Assembly: GCA_046597055.1 (NCBI GenBank) | Contig: JBKJLC010000089.1 | Span: forward strand, 1-45,641 | Reading direction: 5' to 3' | Origin: Kofleriaceae bacterium | Lineage (GTDB): Bacteria > Myxococcota_A > Polyangia > Haliangiales > Haliangiaceae | DNA length: 45,641 nucleotides | Shown here: one piece after another, positions 35,451-45,033 of the stretch | Layout of the letters: every line of letters begins with the position of its first letter | How positions within the stretch are numbered: position 1 is the first letter of the stretch | The notes under the pieces: generated by a model | Told to the model about the DNA's origin: nothing | The model's input: the letters and a program-made list of their open reading frames with translations, nothing else | Databases searched by the model: none | Translations under genes and position numbers: made by a program

Positions 35451-37970
35451 TCAGGTGGTCTCAGGTGGGCGGTCCGCGCCGGGCCGGGGCTTGCTCCGGC
35501 GGCGGAGGACGATCAGGCCCATCCCGAGCGCGATCAGCACCAGCCCGCTGGGCTCGCCGGCGCCGCCGGCGTCGCAGCCGCCGCGGCTGGTGAGGACGAC
35601 CGAGCCCACCTTCACGCGGTTGTTGCCGTCCTTGAGCCCGGCCGGCGCGGTGGTGACGGTCATGTTGCGCCAGTTGGGGTTGGTGCCGGTGAAGAACCCG
35701 ATCCAGACGTCGTACGCGCCGGCGTTGAAGCCCGAGTTGCCGGCCTGCACCGTGAAGGTATCGACGATGTAGTCGCCGGGCTGCCAGAACGAGGTCGCGC
35801 AGCGGCCGCGGATCGGATCGTGGTCGCCCTGGAAGCGGGTGCCGCCGTGATCGAAGTGCGCGAGGATCTTCCACGAGCCGCCGATCGGGGCGGTGACCTT
35901 GAAGATGAGCGTGACGTCGAACGAGCTGCCGCGCGGGACCTTTTTCGGGATCCGCGCGCCGACCAGCTCGATCGCGTTGTCCCAGCTCACCGCCGGGGCC
36001 GGGCTCATGTCCTCCGGCGGCTCGCGCAGCATCGCGGTGGCGATCGGGTTGAGGTCGCGGGCGCCGCCCAGCTGGTTCGACAGCAGCATCGTCCGGGCGT
36101 TGCTGTCGTCGACCACGTGATAGTTCACGCCCTCGGCGCGGGCCCGGTGGATCGCGCACAGCTCGGCCGCGGGCGCCATCGCGAACACCCGGGTCGGCCG
36201 GCGCAGGAACGCGAGCAGCTGTTCGCGGCCGGGCAGCTCGTCCCACTTGCCGTCGGCGTAGTAGCGGGGCGCGTTGCCCATGGAGCCCATGATGCCGAAC
36301 CCGTCACCGGGCTGGCGGAGGTCCTTGTAGACCTGGAACACGTGCTTCGAGGACAGGTTGACCGACAGACCGCGGTGCCAGGCGTGGGTCCAGAACAGGC
36401 CCATCACCACCGTCATCACCAGCGCCGCCGGGATCCCGTACCGCGCGATCGTCGACAGCGACCACCGGTCGTGCCAGGTCGGCGCCGCGCCCGGGCGAGC
36501 CGGCGGCCGCCACAGCCACAGGTCGAGCGCGAACGGCATCACCACCAAGAAGCCGAGCGGCAGGATCCACTTGCTGAGCGGCAGGCCGAGCAGCGCGGCG
36601 TTGGGCGGGAACTTGATCTGATCGTTGCCGACCAGCAGCGAGGTCAGCCGCTCGGGGAACGCGGCCAGGTCCTTGCCGAGCACGACCGCGCCGAGCAGGA
36701 CCGCGAAGGCGATCAGGCTCACGGTGCGCGCCTGGTAGCGCGCGGGATCGCCATCGGGGTTGGTCAGCGCGGTGCGCTCCTCGAGCAGCGCGTCGATCCA
36801 CAGGCCGACCGCGAGCGCGCAGGCGGGGAAGCCCGGGAAGATCACGAAGCCGACCTTGCGGCTCATCACCGCCGACGCGAACCACGCCGCCGCTGCCCAG
36901 CCGAGCAGCACCGCGCCCGCCCAGCGCCGGCGCTCGCCGGCCAGGCCGCTCGCGAGCGCGGCCAGCGCGATCGGCACCAGCATCGACCACGGGAACATGC
37001 CGAAGCCGGCCTGCTCGAACATGCTGTCGTAGGTCGCGCGCAGGTCGTCGTCGTTGCGCCACTGTCCGCCGAGCAGGGTCGACCAGCAGTCGTCGATGAG
37101 GATGCTCTTGCCGCCGACCTGGCGGGTGCCGACCGTCAGCGGTCCCAGGTCGAAGAGCTGCGCGACTAGCAGGCCGCTGACGACCAGGAGCGCGAGCGTC
37201 GCGATCAGCGCGGCGCCGCCGGCCCAGCCGTTCGCCACCGGCCGCGGCTCGCCGGGCGCCCCGCGCCGGTCGATCGCGCGCCAGGTGGTGCGCAGCGCCG
37301 CGCCGACCACCGGCAGGCCGAGCCCGCCGGCGAGGGCGACCCCGGCCAGCGGCGGGATCAGCCCGAGCAGCGCGCCGCCGCCGTGGAAGGCGAGGTCGGC
37401 GCCGACCAGGATCGCGGCGACTGCGAGCACCAGATCGATCGCGCGCACCGCGCCGCGGCCGTGGCGCTGGCACGGCTGCGCGAATGCGCACAGGCCGTAG
37501 GCGATCAGCGCGGCGCCGACCGCGGTGCCGATGTCGCTGGTGAACTGGCGCGACTGCAGCGCCCACAGCGGGAACGACAGCAGCACGATCCCGCCGAGTA
37601 CGCCGGCGCGCCATGACGCCAGCCGCCAGCCGGTCAGCACGGTCGCGACCAGGCCGACCAGGCCGAGCAGGACCAGCGGGATGCGGGCGCCGAGATCGCT
37701 GGTGCCGACGTGCCGCAGCCCCCAGGCCGCGCTGCGGGCGGTCAGCGTGCGCGCGCCGGCGGGATCCGGCGGGGTCTTGCAGGTCGCGGCGGCCGGCGGT
37801 GGCTGGTAGGTGCCGTCGGAGCGGGCCAGCGCCTCGTCGGCGACCGCCATCTCGAGCGGCTCCCACAGGCCCGGCGTGCCGAGCCCGGGCACCAGGCACG
37901 CGATCGCCAGGACGAGCACCACGACGAGCCCGAGGGGGTGCGAGAGATAGGCGAGGGGCGACCGGCGCAC
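35451..37970 (-). CDS. ArnT/PMT-like GT-C membrane glycosyltransferase with soluble C-domain and MYXO-CTERM-like tail
   Basis: Many TM segments; GLWEPLE first-loop motif, ARIP, FPWS, FPACALAVG; HFD..GDHDP..WQPGDYIVD domain; GGC..GLVLIALGMGLIVLRRR; GTG 37970 chosen from upstream TACGTT. Confidence 0.75.
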   Translation of the reverse strand: MRRSPLAYLSHPLGLVVVLVLAIACLVPGLGTPGLWEPLEMAVADEALARSDGTYQPPPAAATCKTPPDPAGARTLTARSAAWGLRHVGTSDLGARIPLVLLGLVGLVATVLTGWRLASWRAGVLGGIVLLSFPLWALQSRQFTSDIGTAVGAALIAYGLCAFAQPCQRHGRGAVRAIDLVLAVAAILVGADLAFHGGGALLGLIPPLAGVALAGGLGLPVVGAALRTTWRAIDRRGAPGEPRPVANGWAGGAALIATLALLVVSGLLVAQLFDLGPLTVGTRQVGGKSILIDDCWSTLLGGQWRNDDDLRATYDSMFEQAGFGMFPWSMLVPIALAALASGLAGERRRWAGAVLLGWAAAAWFASAVMSRKVGFVIFPGFPACALAVGLWIDALLEERTALTNPDGDPARYQARTVSLIAFAVLLGAVVLGKDLAAFPERLTSLLVGNDQIKFPPNAALLGLPLSKWILPLGFLVVMPFALDLWLWRPPARPGAAPTWHDRWSLSTIARYGIPAALVMTVVMGLFWTHAWHRGLSVNLSSKHVFQVYKDLRQPGDGFGIMGSMGNAPRYYADGKWDELPGREQLLAFLRRPTRVFAMAPAAELCAIHRARAEGVNYHVVDDSNARTMLLSNQLGGARDLNPIATAMLREPPEDMSPAPAVSWDNAIELVGARIPKKVPRGSSFDVTLIFKVTAPIGGSWKILAHFDHGGTRFQGDHDPIRGRCATSFWQPGDYIVDTFTVQAGNSGFNAGAYDVWIGFFTGTNPNWRNMTVTTAPAGLKDGNNRVKVGSVVLTSRGGCDAGGAGEPSGLVLIALGMGLIVLRRRSKPRPGADRPPETT

Positions 37971-38138
37971 GTCCGGGCAACGTACGCAAAGACCCGGCGC
38001 GACCGCAAGCCGGCAGGGGAGGCCCTTCGCCCGGGCCGGACGGTCGCGCCCGCCCGAACCGACCCGGCAGATGACCGCGAACGCCCCTCGGCGGCCGGGA
38101 TTCTTGCCGGCACGCCCGCGGGCGGCGAAACTGCCGCG

Positions 38139-39155
38139 GTGGACTGGAAGGCGCGCAAGGACGAGCTCGATCGCCTGCACCGACGGGTGCGGATCGCGCG
38201 CACGCCCAGCCTGATCGCGAGCTGGACCCGGGGCTGGCTGCGGCTGCCGCGCGCGGCGATGAGCGATCCGCCGCCCCGGGTCGGACCCGGCCAGGTCGCG
38301 ATCACGTTCGGAGGCCACGCCACCGCGCTGGTCCGCTACGCCGGGCTCACGATCGCGTTCGACCCGATGCTCGGCCGCTGGGTCGGCGGCGTGCACCGAG
38401 CGGTCGAGCCCGGGCTCGCCCCCGGTGACCTCGCCACCGTCGGGCTGGTGCTCATCAGCCACGCCCACGTCGACCACCTGCACCTGCCGACCCTCGCGCA
38501 CGTGCCGCGGACGGCGACCGTGATCGTGCCGCCCGGCGTCGCTGCCCAGGTGTCGCCGCTCGGCTTCGCGCGGGTGATCGAGCTGCGCGCCGGCGCCGAG
38601 CTCGGTCTGGAGGGGGTGCGGATCTCGACCGGGCCCCTTCACCACGGCGACGAGGAGCGTGGCCACGGGCTCGCCTACGTCGTCGCCGGCGGTGGCCCCA
38701 GCGTGTTCCTGTGTGGCGACGGCGGCTACGGGCCCTCGTTCGCCGACGTCGGCCAGCGCCACGCGCCCGACCTGGCGCTGCTACCGATCGGCGGCTTCTG
38801 GCCGCGGTCGTTCCGCGCACGCCACATGAGCCCGCTCGACGCGGTCTACGCGTTCGAGGACCTGCGCGCGCGCATGATGATCCCGATTCACCACGGCGCG
38901 TTCGCGCTCTCGTACGAGCGGCTGAGCGAGCCGGTGCGGTGGCTCGAGGCGCTGGCCCGCGAGCGCAGCCTCGACGCCCACATCCGCGTGCTCGGGCCCG
39001 GCGAGTCCGAGGTGTTCACGTCGCCGCGCGGCGTCGGCCGGGCCGCGGTGCCTGGCGGCGACGATGAGGCCGCACCCGAGGCGGCGCCCGAGGGGGTGTC
39101 GCCCGAGCCGACCGCGCTGCGCACGGGCCCTTGGCCGCTCGCGGCCGCGTCGTGA
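38139..39155 (+). CDS. MBL-fold metallo-hydrolase (NAPE-PLD/RomA-like)
   Basis: [43 protein letters not shown]; start estimated. Confidence 0.87.
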   Translation: MDWKARKDELDRLHRRVRIARTPSLIASWTRGWLRLPRAAMSDPPPRVGPGQVAITFGGHATALVRYAGLTIAFDPMLGRWVGGVHRAVEPGLAPGDLATVGLVLISHAHVDHLHLPTLAHVPRTATVIVPPGVAAQVSPLGFARVIELRAGAELGLEGVRISTGPLHHGDEERGHGLAYVVAGGGPSVFLCGDGGYGPSFADVGQRHAPDLALLPIGGFWPRSFRARHMSPLDAVYAFEDLRARMMIPIHHGAFALSYERLSEPVRWLEALARERSLDAHIRVLGPGESEVFTSPRGVGRAAVPGGDDEAAPEAAPEGVSPEPTALRTGPWPLAAAS

Positions 39156-40297
39156 CGGCCGCCACCCGGCTGTGGTCGCCGGGGCTGATCCTGGTCGTGA
39201 CCGTGCTCTTCCTCGGCGCGCTGCTGCCCAACGTGTTCGTGCTCGCGGCGCGCTTCCTCGGCGAGCGCGGCTACGATCAGCGCGACATCGGCGTCATCAT
39301 GGGCTCGTTCAGCGTCGCGTCGCTGGCGTGCTCGCCGGCGGTCGGCTGGATGTCGGCGCGCTTCGGTCACGCCCGCGTGCTCGCCACCGGCTGCGTGGTG
39401 TGCGCGAGCGGCGCGTTCCTGTTCGACGCCACCACCACCATGGTCGGGTTCGCGATCGCGCGCGGGCTCCAGGGCGTCGGGTTCGCCGCGGTCCTGGTGG
39501 GCGGCGCCGCCTACGTGGCCGAGACCGCGCCGGCCGGCCGGCTCGGCGAGGCGCTCGGGGTGTCGGGCGTGCTCACGCTGACCGCCCAGGCGGTCGGGCC
39601 GGCCGCCGCGTCGGCGATCCACGATCTCTGCGGCTGGAGCTGGGTGTGGCGGGTTGGCGGGATCAGCGGGCTGGCCGGCGCGCTGGTCGCCCTGGCGCTG
39701 CCGGCGGCGGTGCGCCGCGATCTGGGCGACGACGGTCCGCGCGCGCCGGCGGCCGCCGCGCTGGCCGCCAGCGTGCTGGCCGGGCTCGGGTTCGGTGCGA
39801 TCTGGACCTTCCTGGCCGACTACGGGCCCCGCGCCGGGGTGCCCAACGTCACCCCGTTCTTCGTGGCCTACGTCGCGGCGGCGGTGTCGACCCGGTTGCT
39901 GCTCGGCCGGCTGTCCGATCGCATCGGCCGGCGCGCGGCGGCCACCCCGGCGCTGTGCGGCCACGCGATCATCCTGGTGGTGATGGCAGGGCTGGGCGCG
40001 ACCTGGCACCTCGTCGTGATCGGTCTGGTCTACGGCCTGTGCCACGGCATCTACTACCCGACCTTGCAGGCGATGATCGTCGAGCGCTCGGGCGGCCGCC
40101 GCAGCCGCGCGATCGCCGCTTCGACCTTCGCGTTCGGCGCCGGCACGGTCACCGCTGCGTTCGGTCTGGGGCCGCTCGCACGCGAGCTCGACTATCCCAT
40201 CATCTATCTGGTGGCGGCCGGGGCCGGCGCGGTCGCCGCCGCGCTGGTCGGGTGGGGCGACCGCAAGCACCACCCCGTCTCTCCCGCCGCCACCTGA
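39152..40297 (+). CDS. MFS transporter
   Basis: About 12 hydrophobic segments, GRLSDRIGRR motif A, ARGLQGVG; GTGA overlap with MBL gene. Confidence 0.9.
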   Translation: MTAATRLWSPGLILVVTVLFLGALLPNVFVLAARFLGERGYDQRDIGVIMGSFSVASLACSPAVGWMSARFGHARVLATGCVVCASGAFLFDATTTMVGFAIARGLQGVGFAAVLVGGAAYVAETAPAGRLGEALGVSGVLTLTAQAVGPAAASAIHDLCGWSWVWRVGGISGLAGALVALALPAAVRRDLGDDGPRAPAAAALAASVLAGLGFGAIWTFLADYGPRAGVPNVTPFFVAYVAAAVSTRLLLGRLSDRIGRRAAATPALCGHAIILVVMAGLGATWHLVVIGLVYGLCHGIYYPTLQAMIVERSGGRRSRAIAASTFAFGAGTVTAAFGLGPLARELDYPIIYLVAAGAGAVAAALVGWGDRKHHPVSPAAT

Positions 40298-40318
40298 TCG
40301 TGCTACAAGCCGCACTCG

Positions 40319-41062
40319 ATGGCCGACCGGGCGCCTGATGTATCGATCGTGATCCCGGTCTACAACGAGCAGGCGATCCTGCGCGAGGCGGTCACCGAGC
40401 TCCGCGAGGGCCTGCTCAGCGTCCGCGGCGATCTCGGACATCCGCCGCTCGAGTTCGAGATCATCCTCGCCGAGAACGGTTCACGCGACGACACGGTCGC
40501 GCTGGCCCAGGGCCTCGCCGCCGAGCTGCCCGACGTCCGGACCTTCTCGCTGGGTGAGCCCAACTACGGCAAGGCGCTGCGCCAGGGCATCCTGATGGCG
40601 CGCGGCGATCTGGTCATCTGCGACGAGATCGACCTGTGCGACACCGACTTTTACCGGCGCGCGCTGGCGCTCCTGCGCGCGCGCGGCTGTGACCTGGTGG
40701 TCGGCTCCAAGTCGATGCGCGGCGCCCGCGACCAGCGGCCGTTCGTGCGCCGGCTGGCGACCCGCGTGATCAACGATCTGCTGCGGGTGACGCTCGACTT
40801 CCGCGGCACCGACACCCACGGCCTCAAGGCGTTCCGCCGCGCCACCCTGGCGCCGATCGTCGACCAGTGCGTGATCGACAAGGACCTGTTCGCGTCGGAG
40901 CTCGTGATCCGCGCCAACCGCGCCGACATCTCGATGATCGAGATCCCGGTGCGGCTCGCCGAGAAGCGCCCGCCCGCGATCAACCTGGTCAGGCGGGTGC
41001 CCGGGGTGCTGCGTGGGCTGGTCAAGCTGACGCGGGTCATCCGCTTCAACCAGGAACCGTAG
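40319..41062 (+). CDS. GT2 glycosyltransferase, polyprenol-phosphate glycosyltransferase (DPM1/ArnC)-like
   Basis: [45 protein letters not shown]. Confidence 0.88.
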   Translation: MADRAPDVSIVIPVYNEQAILREAVTELREGLLSVRGDLGHPPLEFEIILAENGSRDDTVALAQGLAAELPDVRTFSLGEPNYGKALRQGILMARGDLVICDEIDLCDTDFYRRALALLRARGCDLVVGSKSMRGARDQRPFVRRLATRVINDLLRVTLDFRGTDTHGLKAFRRATLAPIVDQCVIDKDLFASELVIRANRADISMIEIPVRLAEKRPPAINLVRRVPGVLRGLVKLTRVIRFNQEP

Positions 41063-41069
41063 GCGCGGC

Positions 41070-42032
41070 ATGCGCCCGCTGCTCGCGGTCTCCGTCGATC
41101 TCGATCCGATCCCCTGTTACTACCGGATCCACGGCCTGCCGCCGGCGCCGCCCGACCTGCGCGACGTGGTGATGCGGTGCGCGCTGCCCCGGCTGGCCGA
41201 GCTGTTCGCGCGGCACCTGGTGCCGGCGACCTGGTTCGTGGTCGGCAGCGACCTGGATCCCGCCGCGGTCGGCGCCGCCTCGGCCGCGGTCGCGGCTTCG
41301 CTGCTGGCCGAGCGCCACGCCGCTGGCGACGAGCTGGCCAACCACTCGACCACGCACCCCTACGATCTCGCGCGGCGCCCGGCGGCCCAGGTCACCGACG
41401 AGATCGCCGGTTGCGATCGCCGGCTGCGCGCGATCACAGGCCGTCCCATCACCGGTTTCCGGGCCCCCGGCTACGACCTGTCGCCGACGATGCTCGCCGA
41501 GCTGTGCCGGCTCGGCTACACATACGACTCGTCGATCTTCCCGGCGCCCGGCTACTACGCGGCCAAGGCGGTGGTGATGGCCGGCCTGCGCATGCTGGGC
41601 CGCCCGAGCGGCGCGGTGCTGACCAGCCCGGGCGCGCTGATCGCGCCGACCGATCCCTACCGGCCCGCGATGCGGGCGCCGTGGCGCCGCGGTCAGGCGG
41701 CGGTGGTCGAGCTGCCGATCGCGGTGACGCCATGGACCCGGGTCCCGACCATCGGCACCTCGCTCTTGCTGGCGCCGCGCTGGCTGCGCCGGCGCTGGCT
41801 GCACGCCATGCGCCACCGGCCGCTGTTCAACCTCGAGCTCCACGGCATCGATCTGATCGACGCCGAGCTCGACGGCATCCCCGGCGAGCTGGTCGCGCGC
41901 CAGCACGACCTGCGGGTGCCGCTCGCGCAGAAGCTCGATGCGCTCGACGAGATCCTGACCGTGCTGCGGGTCGACCGCGAGCCGGTGACGCTGCAGGCGG
42001 CCGCGGTCTGGGTCCAGCGCGAAGCGGCCTGA
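41070..42032 (+). CDS. Polysaccharide deacetylase family protein
   Basis: SVDLD, ATWFVVG, ELANHSTTH, GFRAPGY, YDSS, LELH. Confidence 0.88.
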   Translation: MRPLLAVSVDLDPIPCYYRIHGLPPAPPDLRDVVMRCALPRLAELFARHLVPATWFVVGSDLDPAAVGAASAAVAASLLAERHAAGDELANHSTTHPYDLARRPAAQVTDEIAGCDRRLRAITGRPITGFRAPGYDLSPTMLAELCRLGYTYDSSIFPAPGYYAAKAVVMAGLRMLGRPSGAVLTSPGALIAPTDPYRPAMRAPWRRGQAAVVELPIAVTPWTRVPTIGTSLLLAPRWLRRRWLHAMRHRPLFNLELHGIDLIDAELDGIPGELVARQHDLRVPLAQKLDALDEILTVLRVDREPVTLQAAAVWVQREAA

Positions 42033-42074
42033 CCGGCGGGCGCTCGGGGCCGCCCTGGCCACCGGCTGGGTGCC

Positions 42075-42809
42075 CTAGCGGCCGCGGCGACCGGTGATCG
42101 CGCCGCGCGCGAGCGCATCGCAGCGCTCGTTCTCGATCACGCCCGCGTGGCCGGGCACCTTGACGAAGCGCACGTCGGAGAACGCGGCCAGGCGTTGCTT
42201 CATCTCCAGGATCAGCTCGACGTTGGCCTTGGCCTTCCAGCCCAGCGACAGCACCCCGATCGAGTACTGCGAGTCGGTGTAGACCCGGACCGGCCGGGTC
42301 ACGTCGGCCACCAGATCCAGGCCGCGCAGGATCGCGGTGAGCTCGGCGATGTTGTTGGTGCCGAGCCCGAGGTACTCGGCGTGTTCCTTGCGCTCGGCGC
42401 CGTCGATCACGACCACGCCGATCGAGGCCGGCCCCGGGTTGCCGGTGCACGCGCCGTCGGTCCAGACGTGGACCGTGCCGTCGGGGGCGGCGTCGCCCAG
42501 CCGGGCCGCCCCGAGGTTGGCGCTGACGGCCTTGGCGGTCCGCGGCTTCGCGGCCGTCGGCCTGGCGACCGGGGTCGCCGGCGCGCCATCGGCCCGCGCG
42601 GCCGGGACCGCGCCCGCACCGAGGTCGGGCTCGATGGTCGAGCCGGCGAGCGGCGCCAGGTTGCGCGCCCCTGCCTTGTACGGCTTGGCGCCCGGGTCGC
42701 GCTTGTAGACGATGGTCACCCGGCCGCCGGGATCGGCGCGCAGCTGGCCGGTGTCGTCGACCTCGGCCCAGACCTGAGAATCGCGGAGGGTGTGGCGCAT
42801 CCAGGGCAT
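42075..42809 (-). CDS. rnhA: Ribonuclease HI with N-terminal extension
   Basis: WTDGACTGNPG, TNNIAELTA, YTDSQY, KVPGHAG..NERCDALA. Confidence 0.92.
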   Translation of the reverse strand: MPWMRHTLRDSQVWAEVDDTGQLRADPGGRVTIVYKRDPGAKPYKAGARNLAPLAGSTIEPDLGAGAVPAARADGAPATPVARPTAAKPRTAKAVSANLGAARLGDAAPDGTVHVWTDGACTGNPGPASIGVVVIDGAERKEHAEYLGLGTNNIAELTAILRGLDLVADVTRPVRVYTDSQYSIGVLSLGWKAKANVELILEMKQRLAAFSDVRFVKVPGHAGVIENERCDALARGAITGRRGR

Positions 42810-42906
42810 CGGCGCGGAGAATAGCCACGCCCCCCTGACCTCGGGATAGGTGTCTTGCAGCGGGCGGCGGCCGTGTTACAACCCCGCGCACTTCGGGAGG
42901 AACGTG

Positions 42907-43929
42907 ATGATCAAGCTCGCTCGGACTCTGGTGCTGCCCCTGGTTCTCGTCGTCTCGGTTGCGGCCTGTGACAAGGGCAAGAAGGCTGGCGGCGGGGGCT
43001 CCACCGGCGAGGCCGGCGCGTCGTCGATCGCTCCGGCCCAGGGTGGGCTCAAGCGCGCCCTCGCGGCGATGCCGGCCGACACCGAGTTCATCATCGGGAT
43101 GGACGTCACCCAGCTTCGCAAGAGCGACCTCTGGAAGAAGTACGAGCCGATGGCCATGGCGAAGGCCGGCCCCAAGCTCGCCGAGTTCAAGACCAAGTGC
43201 GGCTTCGATCCGATCGAGAAGCTCCAGGGCGTGCTGGTCGGCGGCAAGGGCCAGCAGTTCGATGACGCCACGGTCTTCGTGCGCGGCTTCGAGAAGAAGG
43301 CGGTCCTCGACTGCCTCGGCAAGCTCGCCAACGAGCCCAAGGCCGAGGGCGGCACCGCCACCAGGACCCTCACCGTCGACGGCGACTACGTCGAGATGGG
43401 CGAGACCGGCGAGGATCCGATGCGGTTCCTCTTCATCGACAACGAGACGATCCTCATCCTCAAGCGCGGTGAGGCGGCCGCGGACAAGCCGACCCTGCTC
43501 GCCGCCGCCGGCGCCAAGGACGGCGACGGCCTGACCAGCTCCAAGACGTTCGTATCGCTGCTCGACAGCACCAAGACCGCGTCGTCGCTGTGGTTCCTCA
43601 TGAACGCATCGGCGCCGATGCTGGCCCAGGCCACCTCGCAGCTGCCCGGCAACATGAAGTTCCTCGCGATCTTCGGCTCGGTGAACGTGTCGGCGGGCGT
43701 CGACGGCGAGATGCGCTTCCGCATGGCGAACCCCGACGGCGCGCAGAGCCTGAAGGCGATGGCGGAGCTCGGGATCGGGCAGGCCGCGCAGGCGCCGATG
43801 GCCGCCGACATGGTCAAGGGCGTCAAGCTGTCGGTCGTCGACAGCGACACCGTCATGACCTTCAAGTACGACGAGGCCCAGATCCAGAAGATGGTCACGC
43901 TGGCCCAGGGCATGGGCGGCGGGCTCTGA
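42907..43929 (+). CDS. Hypothetical lipoprotein (paralog A)
   Basis: GGAGG RBS; VAAC lipobox; strongly GC3-biased codons. Confidence 0.82.
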   Translation: MIKLARTLVLPLVLVVSVAACDKGKKAGGGGSTGEAGASSIAPAQGGLKRALAAMPADTEFIIGMDVTQLRKSDLWKKYEPMAMAKAGPKLAEFKTKCGFDPIEKLQGVLVGGKGQQFDDATVFVRGFEKKAVLDCLGKLANEPKAEGGTATRTLTVDGDYVEMGETGEDPMRFLFIDNETILILKRGEAAADKPTLLAAAGAKDGDGLTSSKTFVSLLDSTKTASSLWFLMNASAPMLAQATSQLPGNMKFLAIFGSVNVSAGVDGEMRFRMANPDGAQSLKAMAELGIGQAAQAPMAADMVKGVKLSVVDSDTVMTFKYDEAQIQKMVTLAQGMGGGL

Positions 43930-43940
43930 ACCAGCCGTCC

Positions 43941-45017
43941 GTGGCGGTGCGCACGCGCGCGGTCGTGGGGGTGGCGTGCGCCGGACTGGTGCTCGCCGGC
44001 CTGGGGGCGGGGTGCAAGAAGCGGTCGGGCGCGGGCGGCGCGCCGGTGCCGATCGCGGCGCTGGCCGCGATCCCGGCGGACGCGACCGTCGTCATCGGCA
44101 TCGACGTGCGTCGGCTGGCCGACTCGCAGCTGGTCGCGCGCGCGGTCGAGCAGATGCTGATCCGCGATCCCGAGCTGAGCGCGCGGCTCGAGCGGCTGGC
44201 CCGCGATTGCGGGGTCGACGTGACCCGGCAGGTGCGCTCGGTCCATCTCGCGCTCGGGCCCAAGCTGCCGCCGGGCGCGGCCCAGCCGTCGCTCCTGGTC
44301 GCGACCGGCGAGCTGTCGGAGACCGCGCTCACCCGCTGTCTGCAGGCCGGGGTCGGCTCCGGCGGTGGCGACCTGACCGTCCGCGACGCGGACGGCCGCA
44401 GCCTCTACAAGCTGACCGAGGGCAGCCGCACCCTGTTCTTCGGGTTCGGCCAGGCCGACACCGTCGTGCTCGGCCCGTCGGAGACCTGGGTGCGGGCCGC
44501 GCTCGGCGGCGACGCCAAGGTCGAGACCTCGCCGGTGCTGGGGCCCCTGCTGGCCAAGGTCGATCGCACGGCGGCGATCTGGGCTGCCGCCGCGATGGAC
44601 GCCGACCTCGGCACGGCGCTCGCCCGGATCACCAAGGGCAAGGTGGCCACGCCGCCGCAGGCGCTCTATGGCGCGCTCGACCCGGCCGATGGGCTGCGCG
44701 CCGAGATCGCGTTCGTCATGGCCAACGACGCCGATGCCGAGGCGCTGGCCGGCTTCGCGCGGGGTGAGCTCGCGCTGGCCGCGCTGGCCGCCCAGGCCAA
44801 GGGCCTCGGCATGGTGGTCGCGAAGGCCGCCGTGGGGCGGAAGGGCGCGGAAACCCAGCTCCGAGTGACCCTCACAGACGCCGAGCTGAAACAGCTGCTG
44901 GGCGCGATTGACAGGGGACGCCCCGCTGGTCAGGATGCGCAGCCCGCGTCGGACGCGGGTCCAGCCCCGTTGTCGCCGGATCCCGGCGACGCCGGCGTGC
45001 CGACGACGACACCGTAG
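43941..45017 (+). CDS. Hypothetical lipoprotein (paralog B)
   Basis: GAGC lipobox; AAIPADATVVIGIDV..CGVD similar to AAMPADTEFIIGMDV..CGFD of paralog A; start estimated. Confidence 0.75.
   Translation: MAVRTRAVVGVACAGLVLAGLGAGCKKRSGAGGAPVPIAALAAIPADATVVIGIDVRRLADSQLVARAVEQMLIRDPELSARLERLARDCGVDVTRQVRSVHLALGPKLPPGAAQPSLLVATGELSETALTRCLQAGVGSGGGDLTVRDADGRSLYKLTEGSRTLFFGFGQADTVVLGPSETWVRAALGGDAKVETSPVLGPLLAKVDRTAAIWAAAAMDADLGTALARITKGKVATPPQALYGALDPADGLRAEIAFVMANDADAEALAGFARGELALAALAAQAKGLGMVVAKAAVGRKGAETQLRVTLTDAELKQLLGAIDRGRPAGQDAQPASDAGPAPLSPDPGDAGVPTTTP
44908..44936 (+). promoter_or_regulatory. Candidate sigma70 promoter inside the upstream CDS
   Basis: TTGACA (44908-13), 17 nt, CAGGAT (44931-36); about 100 nt before ATG 45034. 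Confidence 0.55.
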
Positions 45018-45033
45018 CCCCGCGAGACCTGCC

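Noticed and set aside
37971..38762. N-terminal 264 aa of ORF 35451..38762 and other long ORF-track extensions (e.g. to 11835, 23598, 25285, 29601; from 13784, 25686, 43590)
   Set aside because: They overlap better-supported genes or spacers and have low-complexity Arg/Pro/Ala content; downstream starts fit signal peptides, overlaps or promoter boxes
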